Below, piece after piece: positions 53,341-64,000 of a stretch of DNA of 64,000 nucleotides. This DNA comes from the human T2T-CHM13v2.0 reference genome, Homo sapiens. Location: NCBI RefSeq assembly GCF_009914755.1, contig NC_060928.1. One strand, written 5' to 3'. A program made the translations under genes and the position numbers. The notes under the pieces were generated by a model that worked only from the letters and a program-made list of their open reading frames with translations, had not been told where the DNA came from and did not search any database. Every line of letters begins with the position of its first letter. Positions within the stretch are counted from its first letter, which is position 1.

Positions 53341-54064
53341 AACTTTATAATTTAGTCTACATTTTATACTATACTACAGTTCCTACATTTTCCCTCTTTT
53401 GCCCATGAATTATTTTTTCCTGTAGCAAATCCAATGTTTATGAACAAATTATAAGAATAATTCATTTTTCCCTAAGTTAGTTCATTTTGAAAATATTACA
53501 TAAATCATCATCAAATCATCTACTTATCAAGTTGTTACCTAGAAAGAAAGAGTAAAACTTATCCAGCTCCCCAAATTTATAAGGTCCTATAACATTCTGC
53601 AGGTATTTCTAGGCTTTTGTAACTAGTCGTCTATTAATTACATTACTCACTTTAATTTGATAGTTATGAAAAAAGATTACATGAATTGTTAGAAATAATT
53701 AACTTTTTGAGTTCAAGCTATCCCATGGGTAGTTTAGAGTCCGTATTAAGTTATATGTATGTGTTTATATGGGATAGGCTACCTAAAATATAACTTTATT
53801 ATTTCCTATTTTCAGGTTAAAAGACAACTTAGTATTGAATGTAGACTATATAATTAAGCTATTTGTATATAATTATAAATATAATTATGTATATAATTTA
53901 TGATAAAGTCAAATAAATCTTATCTAAGAGAATTATAGTGATGATGATGACGATGTTAAGGTTGACTAGCCCACACTGAATTCCTTCTTCAAGTCTGCTT
54001 TTTAAACTATGTAATCTTAAATTTTATTCTTCATAAAAATTTCAGGGTACATCTGGCTACTTAC

Positions 54065-54109
54065 TTTTCAGGGTTTTCTACTTCTTCAGTAACAAAGTTG
54101 AGGTAAAAC
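54065..54109 (-). CDS. SLC7A11: SLC7A11 exon 6 (45 nt): (W)FYLNFVTEEVENPE(K)
   Basis: Acceptor ttttAG|GTTTTAC and donor GAAAA|GTAAGT; carries the LNFVTEE motif of SLC7 light chains. Confidence 0.97.
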
Positions 54110-54264
54110 CTAAAAATAGATAAATAAATTATAAACTATTAATATATTTTACCATTATCCAAAGTCTCAAATTTTAAATATTTAACATTGAACCCAGAAT
54201 TATGAAAACTATAACAATACTTATAGTAAGATGAAAATATCTAACAACTAAATACTCCCATAAG

Positions 54265-54660
54265 TCATTTTTCTATTAAGCCATATTTGTGGAGTTTTTA
54301 TCATGTGTCAGAAATATACAAGTGGTAAGCCCATAGTCTTAAGGAGCTCATAGCTCATAGAATGTCCCACAGAATAGTGTGATACAGTGCAGGTCCAATA
54401 CTGGAGCAAGCACGTGGGAGCCAGAGGGCAGGTCTAGCCCAACCTGGTAGGTCAAAGGGGGTTTTCTAGAGGAGGCATCACCCAACTTGAACCTTTAAGA
54501 ACTGCTTTATCTTACCCTGGTGAGGTGGTGTGAGGCCATTCCAGACTGAGAATAGCACACGAGCACAAAAGTGTGGCAGAGGGGTTAGGCACAGGAAAAT
54601 GAGCACCCGTACACTGCAGTACAAGTGTGACAGAGGGATTACTATAGAAAGAGCCAAACA
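54265..54660 (-). mobile_element. L2 fragment
   Basis: TCTTAAGGAGCTCATAG...GGGGTTTTCTAGAGGAGG...CATTCCAGACTGAGAATAGCAC. Confidence 0.55.
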
Positions 54661-57600
54661 TATGAAGGCAAAGACTTTTCTACCTTTTCCTTTTCTATGC
54701 TTAGAAAATTTTTGTGAAATAAAAAAAATCATATATTCAATATAATCTTCCATTATCTTATTATTATTAAAAGTAACCTTTTACATAGGTATGCAGGAGC
54801 ACAGATTCATAGGTACAAATTCTCTAAAATCGAAAATCAAGTGGCTGGAATATAAGTCCATCAGCTCTTAATATACTTTAAGTATCTCACCAGCTAAAAC
54901 AAAGATGAAGAAACCTGTCTTGCTCCATCTTTATAAAACCACCTAAATTCACAAGTAGTCAGTTGATGTTCAAGGTTAAAGTGTCTACAATTTTAAGGAC
55001 TGTTTTAAGTAGAAATAATTGAGGAGCTGACAGAACAGTAGCAGTAACGGTGATCTAAAAAGTCAGCAACCAAAGATTTTTCTAATGACTAGAAAATAAG
55101 TTTCTATAAATAGAGATTGTAGTTACACCATGAAAGCAAGCAACAATCAGTACTTATATCTGCAATATGCACTCCAAGAGGGGTTTGATGTGTTTGCTAT
55201 AAGCCTGAGGCAATGGGAAGTAGGGAAAGAAAAAAGAAAAAAAAACACATGCACACTAAAAAACAAACACCACCACCAATGAAAAATCACACACCCCAAG
55301 AAATATTTTTAGGCTTCTCATGTCAAAAATAGCCAGTTCCTTCCTAACAGTTGTTTTAGAAAGTAGTCTTTTCCCACAATGTTAAAGCAAGAAAGAAAAT
55401 ATTTATGAAAAATAGAACACAATTTCAAATATTTGCCACAGCTCCAGGGAGTAGAGAAAAGGAAAGGGCTTGGAGCAGGATGGTGAGTAGGAAGGAGAAA
55501 GCTTCTTGTTTTAGTCCAAACATTCACACATCCTGTGGGAAATCCACCTTTACGTTCTAGTCTCCAGGAATGACCATGATATTCTCTTTGGTTTACAACA
55601 CTTCAAGGACTCTAGCGAATGCTCATAAGATCTATTGTTCCAGCTTTTCCATGATTGTGCATAAAAGGTACTGCAATGCTAGCAATGCATTCCAATACCC
55701 AACTATGTGAATTATTTTTAAAAGAAGCTTATTCTTTAGATTAGATTTGACACAACAGTACAAAATAATCCCAGCAAGTGCTTTAGAAAGACTAAATCCA
55801 TTGAGGGGGATAGGATTTAAAAGGAAGAGAAAAAGACACTAAAAACGATTTTCTATCACACAATTGAAAAAAAAGAAAACCCTACCAAGCAATGTTTAGC
55901 TTTGGATCAGGATATGGGACTGAGTTCCCCAGGGCCACAAGGGGGACTGGCAGATGTATTTCTCTGAACGCAGACATTGGCAATGTTATTAACATTGTTC
56001 CGACCCAACTGTGTGACCTGACTGGGTTAATGATTTCTTTTCCCCTACTCAAGTTTCTGTGAAGTAGCTTTATCATTCTAGAAAGTTTCAGCATTCCTCA
56101 GAGACAAAAACCTCCACTATTCATATCCCCACCCTGGGCTTGGTGGTATCTTTTTCCTTGCTAGCAGAGCAAGGTCTCCAGGACAACAATGGTCTTGCAG
56201 CTTTTACTTACAGGCTAACAGGCTGGGCGGTAAGCTCTGATGACAATAGCTGTTTTGCTTCTGACTTACTCATTTTCAATGCCCTTTTATTAGGGGGGTA
56301 TCAAACATTGTCATAGCAGCAGCATAGGGAGTGGAGAATCATTTACACTTACCCACTGATAATTCTACAACCCAGTCTTGTAATTATATCTTGAAAGCGA
56401 GAGAAAGGTCAGAAAGGCGAGATCACATTTGGCAAGTGAATAAATGCCCCTCTCTTTGGAATTCTTTTAGCCTCCATCTTGTTTCATTTACATCCAGATA
56501 ATAACTTTTCCTCTAGAACCCCACACCAACAGACTATATTTTTTCTAAACACAGCTTCCTTTTTCTAAGACTGATGACCATAGATTAACAGCCAGATTAT
56601 TTCTGCGTCTTCACAAAGCAGCATCAGGTAGCACAACAACCTGTTATAGAAACACGGTTACTTATCTGTCCCCTACATAAGCCACTTGTATCAGATAACA
56701 TTCCATTTTAAATCCTGGACTTATTTTCCAATACTGTGATTGAACCCTCAAGGATATAAAGAAATCAATGGTTTTTGGTCTTTCAAATAGGGAGTAGACA
56801 TGAGGATTATATGGGTAAAAGTATTAAAAAAGATTCATGTAAACCCCTTTTACCTTGTAATCAGAGAAACATTTTGGGGTCAGCATCAATAAAGTTAAAT
56901 ATTAGTACAATAATTCAAAATGAAAAGGGTCTTCATCCATGGAGAAATTCATCAGCCCTCAAAAGCCTACATAAGCGGAGAAATTTTGCTCTACATAAAG
57001 CAAGTGACCTGAATTTTTAGTTCTGGGTATTAGAAAAGTGAGGAGGGTAAAAGAATATTTTAAGATGGCATGGGAACAGATCTATCGTACTCTCAGGCAA
57101 AAGAAATTTCATTCAACAGAATTAATCAAACCTCCCTTGTGACTATCTTCACATTCCACACTCGTGGTTGCATATTGCCCGGCTCCCAACACTTGGCTGT
57201 AGCTGAAAGCTTTCTCTACCTCCCCGCTTTGCTCTGGTGTCTCCCAGTGACCCTCCCAGTAGCTTGGCTTCAGCCCCAGGGCACAGAGCTCTGATCCAGG
57301 CTGAATAGCCATAGAACAGTTGATTCTGCTTTAACCCTGTGATCACGCTCAGTTCTTTTGATGTCTAGCACCACATTGTGCTTCAGACAAAAGCAAAAAG
57401 ACTTCAAAAATACTGAGTGATTCAAAACTAATGCTTACATATAATGGTTATAAAAATATTCTGGGAATATACAAATATTTTACACTGATTTCCTTAGAGC
57501 TATAATCTTCTAACAATCTTCAAGCATATTTTGCCTCAAAGGCCATGTTAAGATTTTAAGTTCCCATACCCCCTAATTATCCTCTAATACCATATTTTCA

Positions 57601-58744
57601 TAATTCAATGAGATTAATAGGGTAAACGCTCCATTCATTTTGAAATATATCCATATTCCATGCATCGGCTAGAAGGTAAGATCTTAAAAACTAAAAAAAC
57701 AAAAGGAATTATATTTGTGTTGGAAATGCATTCATATAATTTTTTAGCTAGTGTGGTTTCCTAATATTACTTCCAGGCTCATAGATCATTCTCACAGCTA
57801 AAGCTGTATAACAATGAGATTTATAGATAATTAAAAAATAAACATTGCCATGATTTATCCCAAAACAATGAAATTTAATCTTACTACAATGATTTTGATA
57901 ATTAAATAATACCTTGTAGGCTTTCTTGCAACCATCATCTCAACTAAATCTTACAAGGTCAATAAAATTTACTGAAGAGAAAGTCCCACTCTTATCCATG
58001 ATTACATGATTACTGTTTTTCAAGTATCTGAACAAATAAGGTACAAATACAAAGTTTTAATGCCTTAACTAGAAAGGTAGGTATCACAGGTGGACATACA
58101 TCAAAGGAAATATATCTGTGGCATCATGATTTTAATCATCTTCACTTTTTTAAATTTTCAGATGTTGGGGACATTTTAAGGAACATGTAAGGTCCTTTTA
58201 AATGTAATAGACTGTCTAGAAGAGTTGACTGCATTATCTTGGTTTCTCTTTCTCTGCCTTTAGATTACCATTTACCTTCTGGGAATGTCATACTTATTTC
58301 TACATCTGAGTTACTTCTCTCACGAGAAGCTGGAAAAAAAAATCAATTAATCACTATTTGTAAACACCCTTGGAGCTTTAGCTGAAAGGCCTTTTGACAA
58401 GCGAAGTATTATTCTTTAGTACCTTACGGCACTATTATGTCCTTACTGGTACATACTTATAAGTAATTTTTATTGGATCTTAAGACCCAGCATTTGTTTG
58501 TTTTTTATGACATCAGGCTAAATCTAGCAGTCACCTTGACTGGAAACCTGTTATGTTTAGTTGTCATGTGCAAAGTAATTGGCCTGGTGGAGGGGATAAT
58601 ACCTTATTTCTCATTTCAAGTAAAGCCTATCACACTGGATTATGGCTATTCACATTTGCCTGGCACCTTGCTTGGCACTTAATCTGAGTGCATAATGGGA
58701 TTAATGAACTACACAAACCACCAGATCTGGAGCTATCAACTTAC

Positions 58745-58844
58745 CAGCCAGCATATGCATACATTCCATAATAAAAAGCCAGTGGCAACCGCGTAATACT
58801 TGAATCTCTTCCTGAAAACGCGTCTTTAAAGTTCTGCGTTTGAC
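58745..58844 (-). CDS. SLC7A11: SLC7A11 exon 5 (100 nt): [33 protein letters not shown](W)
   Basis: Acceptor ttacAG|GTCAAA and donor GGCTG|GTAAGT; carries the LAT-family YAYAGW motif. Confidence 0.97.
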
Positions 58845-59206
58845 CTGTAATTAGAATAGACTGATTTTAGGATTTTTCAAAGAATTGGTTCTTATTCACT
58901 CTTAACCAGAAACATGGGGGTGCGGAGAAACATACTGTTGTAAGTCTAGATTTCTTACTCTCTGTTGATTACCATCTTTATCAATACTGTACCCATTCTA
59001 TAGAAGGGGTCCCAAAAGTATATTGATCATTAACACTATTTCATATTTCTCTTTTAATAAATTTATAACAAAGATGAAAATGGCATTGAAAAATAATCCT
59101 CTGTTTGAGTATGCCTCTATTGTGACCATAAAAGAAGACTAAAGGGTTTTCTGTAAATTATAATCTTTATGAATATGATAGAATTCTTAAAAGATAGAAT
59201 TCTTAA

Positions 59207-59918
<712 letters not shown>

Positions 59919-62678
59919 GTCCTAGAGAATGACATGTTTTTTTTCCTAGAAATATTGAAAAGATATTATAATGAACTCTAAAATAAATAGGTTTCAACAA
60001 ATTTTGCAGCAGCATGTGAATTGAACACTTCACCTTTTTCTCTATTTTATGAATCACATTGGAGCTTTTTCTTTTATATCTTTTGAATAGTTTTAAAAGT
60101 TAGAAATTCAGATTTACTTTAGTCAGTCAATATTCAAGCTTAAGCAGAAAAAATGTTTCTATTACCCAAAGAAAATAGCAAATGAGATTACCCAAATGGG
60201 AAGTGAGACTTTGTTTTAAAATAAAACTTCATGTAAATAAACAGAAGGGGGACAGGGGGTGGATGATGTGTATGAGACACTCTCTCTTCCAAGTCAAATC
60301 TCAGTTTTTCCTGCATTCATTGCCCAGGCATAACTTATATATAAATATAATATGTGTGAGTATGAAGACCAAAAATGGAGAATGTTGAATTATATACTAA
60401 ACAATTTTTCTCTCAAATGATTCCCAAACATAGCTCACTTTTTAAATGACATGATAAATTCAGAAATGCCCATTTTACTAAAACATCATTGTGTCCTTCC
60501 AGGAGAAAAATATAAATAGTGGAATTCAGATAAAAGCATCTGTTGAATATTCTTTTATCATAATCTGTGGTCTCTTTGGCATAAAGGCACAATATTTCTT
60601 AGAGTGCAGCACCAAATAATCCATAAGAAAAACCAAATTCTATAAAGACTGGGTCACAAGCAAAGATCTTCAAAAGTGCCATTTTGAGAATATTACAAAA
60701 GAGAGGCATTTTGTTTCTAGAATTCAGGAATATTTTGGCTATATAACAGAGGTCTCATGAAGATTAAAGGCAATATTCAAAGGAAAGTTCAACAAACTCT
60801 CATAAGTGAATACATAACATACAACTACTTTCAGGATATGATTAGAATAGAAATAAAAGCACAATCTGTATTAACAAAGTCTCCTACTAGAGTTTCAGAT
60901 TAATGTGAAAAATGTGTGATCATGTTAGAGATGAAGAAAATCACAATTTTACAGCAATCGAGCAAATATACCTGCTAATAATGGTCTCTAAAATGTTAAA
61001 TTTACATTAAATGCGGTAATATTCTCAGGGAATTTCTCTGTTGTGTGAGATCTCTGAATAAGCCTGTCACATTAAGCATTGATATCATGATTATTGATTA
61101 AAGTGTCTCTGTATTTTAGCCACTAAAAAAACCTCAAGATATATCATGACCTCTGCTCTCAAGGAATTTGCAATAGAGCAACATTTGGGCAACCAAACCC
61201 TTCCTCATATACATATATAAATACCTGGTAAAAATTGAATAAAGTCTATAATGCTACCTATAGTATCTTACATTACACCAAAAAGAAGAAGAAAATAAAT
61301 CTTAGTTTCAAGGGATAGCATATAATCTTTTGGAATCTAAACTAGTATTAAAGAACAGCCAATGACCCAGAGATTCTGCACTTTTCAAATATTGAAGAAA
61401 CTCCTTACAGAAGACTGAAGAGTTAGCTCAGAAAAATAAAGCACTAACAAAACAGATTATTGTGCCTACATTCCTAACGAATAAGATAGAAATGAGCAGG
61501 CTAGCTCTGTGGAGGCCAAGGTGTATTAGAAGAGCAAGCTCCTGTCTTCTCTTCAGTGCAAGCTCTAACGGTCAAAATCTTCATTGTGTTTATTCTGCAT
61601 TGGCTGCTGTTGCTGGATTTCATAAAAGCATTTCCGCCAGCAGGGCTCTAAAATCTCCCACTAGGCTTATTAAATGGGCAACAGCAGCTCCCTTTCCCAG
61701 CTCCAGAGTGGCTGATCCTTCAGTGTTTGTCATTATTTAATGCTTCTACCAACAGTGATGATTTTACCAAACGCTGGCATTTCCTTTTGCCTTGTGTAAT
61801 TCTTCTGCAACGTCATTAAATTTCTCTAGATTCCCTTTCTTGGAACAGACAATATCAATGTAAACATTAAATACTTAACATGCCCAAGTTATGTCATTCC
61901 TTTACAATTTCTTCTCACTTTATTTCCTGCTATATTCCTGTTGCTAATTAAATACCACATGTGAATCTCTGTCCTCCAACAATTTCCACTGAATCCAAGC
62001 AACTGCATGTGCCTTCTTTCCTAAAACAAAAACTCTAAATGTCACCTCTCAATTTCTTTTTTTAAATTAAATGTTAAACTCTATAAAGCAAGTAATCGCA
62101 GAAATGCGAATTTTATATTAAAAATAATGTAACAATAAAAATTAAGTTTTTACAACTATTTTATTGTGATATAATTTTGGTGTTTAGGAATGCTGTTCCC
62201 GTATTGACTCCTCTGTTGAGGATACCACTCTCAATTTAAAAGGAATAATAACCAGAAAGTCAAAGAATTATTGATCATCTTTTATCACTTTCCAGATACC
62301 TTTTTCTCTTTAATTTTTATTACTATTATTGGACAATTTTAAAGTAAAAAAAAAGACATATTTATCTTTAATTAAAACTAAATGGCAGGTTTTTTTTTTT
62401 CCACTTCGAGTTTTCACTCCAAACCATTAAACCTAGAAAATTCACTGATGCCTTATTTTGTTGCATGGCCCATTCTTAATCCTCTTTCTGCCATTCAACT
62501 GTAAAAACCAACTCACTCACAATGTAGCAGCCTTTCAAATCAATTAGATGACAATATAGAGTTTAAGTTCCACAGGCAGAGACTAATTAAGGATTCTGTT
62601 AGTACAAGCAAAAGTTAGTGTTAAAAAAGACCAAAAGCAGATACGTATTTTAAAAAGCATTTGCTTTTCAGTCCATAC

Positions 62679-62804
62679 CTTTAATTAGCTGCATAACTCC
62701 AGGGACTATAATTATCAGAATTGCTGTGAGCTTGCAAAAGGTTAAGAAAATCTGGATCCGGGCGCTCCAGCTGACACTCATGCTATTTAGGACCATCACT
62801 ACAG
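62679..62804 (-). CDS. SLC7A11: SLC7A11 exon 4 (126 nt): (T)[41 protein letters not shown](G)
   Basis: Minus-strand acceptor ttgcAG|CTGTAGTG and donor ATTAAAG|GTATGG; translation matches xCT. Confidence 0.97.
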
Positions 62805-62874
62805 CTGCAAACAAATAGAGGAAGTTACAAAAGGTGAATTCTCACTGGCACAAAGACATTTTAGGTCCTTGTTA

Positions 62875-63032
62875 CTCAAAGGGCAATCTGTGAGGCAGCA
62901 GTGTTGACATTACTTAGAAGTGTTTTAGAAATGCAGAATCTCAGGCTCTGCCCCAGGCCTAATGAATACAAATCTACATTTCAACAGGTTCTCCAGCTGG
63001 TTTTTATGCACATTGAAGTTTGAGAAACATGG
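62875..63032 (+). mobile_element. MER5A1/MER5-family fragment
   Basis: AGAAATGCAGAATCTCAGGCTCTGCCCCAGGCC...TATGCACATTGAAGTTTGAGAAAC. Confidence 0.7.
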
Positions 63033-63539
63033 ATAAAGCCTCTGGACAATAAGAATTCTTCTCTTGTTCTTTGTATGTAAGAGTGGACATATATTGTAGT
63101 ACTCTAACAATCACATAAAAATGTCTTCTAACCAAACCCAGCATCCAATCAGATGGCTGAATTTCACTGTCTAGCTTGATGTGACAACTCTTTCCTGTCT
63201 CTATGATGGTATGCCTGCCAATGTGGATCACACTCAAGAAGGAGCAAGAAGTGTAGAAGTTGGCTCAGATCTTATTTTTCACTCTCAGGACTAGCCTCAG
63301 GCAGCACTTTTCTTTTGGTTGTCTTCTTTCTAATTAGCATGTCAAGGGGCGACTTTCAACCCACCGTACAAGTATAGTTTTTCAAGATATGTTTCAGGGC
63401 TTCAGCACAATATTCTAAGTGATGAGTGCAAAAGACTAACCAGGCTAGAATGCACATTGGGTTCAAAGCCAGAAGAATTTTTCATTCTTACTGATGCTGT
63501 CTACAATTTCCCAAGCAGCAATAACTATCCACCTTCGAC

Positions 63540-63657
63540 ACCTTGTGGACCATGAAAACCTCAAGGATAGAGCAAGGGTTATTCATCGCTGTATCGCTGG
63601 TATCCAGCTCCATGCCTGGCCCAGGTAACTTAATACATTTTTGTTGAATGAATGAAC
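63540..63657 (+). mobile_element. L2 3' end fragment
   Basis: TTATTCATCGCTGTATC...ATGCCTGGCCCAGGTAACTTAATACATTTTTGTTGAATGAATGAA. Confidence 0.65.
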
Positions 63658-64000
63658 TGGATCCTCAGTTAGAAAATCTAAGGCACAAGGGAAATGGTGA
63701 TGCTCTAAGACCTTTCTCCCCTACTCTGCTGGGATGACTGAGGTTATTCTAGACAGTGGTTTTCAACTTTATACTCTTTCCACAACCTTATGCTTGGAAC
63801 AACCCAAAACACTACTTTATTCCTGACATTTACAGTTATTAACTATAACCTTTATATTTATAAAGGTATATTCTCCCTAAACAAATATTTAAAATGTAAA
63901 GATATTTCTCAAAGAATGAAACAAAACTCCTACAGAATTCTTATTATTCAAATTGAAATTGGAAGTTTTCCTTATATATAGTAATGAGTCCGCCTCACAG

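Noticed and set aside
63753-64000. Possible hAT/Charlie terminus (tctagaCAGTGGTTTTCAAC)
   Set aside because: Only the terminal motif is recognisable and the window ends; family cannot be supported

Overview
Human (primate) genomic DNA, AT-rich and rich in Alu, L1, MIR, L2 and MER repeats. The window holds the 3' part of SLC7A11 (xCT, the light chain of the cystine/glutamate antiporter system xc-) on the minus strand. It covers coding exons 4-12 (126, 100, 45, 124, 104, 97, 150, 178 and 62 coding nt, all GT-AG, frame-consistent, ending ...VVPEEDKL*), a 29.4-kb intron 6 and a ~7.9-kb 3' UTR ending near 3560. Exons 1-3 lie beyond the right edge. I see no evidence of a novel multi-gene system, and nearly all ORFs in the supplied track are repeat-derived or chance. 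The main second-look items are: (1) an in-frame alternative 3' splice site deep in the 3' UTR giving the C-terminus GFLALMPAQACDM* (xCTb-type) and removing most of the UTR; (2) the 45-nt exon 6, whose skipping creates a TGA at the junction; (3) paired NRF2-ARE and ATF4-AARE motifs in introns 8 and 6; (4) a perfect 54-bp microsatellite palindrome and a duplicated miR-101 site in the 3' UTR; (5) a twin-primed inverted L1 whose target-site duplication carries an antisense AATAAA; (6) inverted Alu pairs. Repeat family calls and their boundaries were made by eye from remembered consensus sequences and are approximate.
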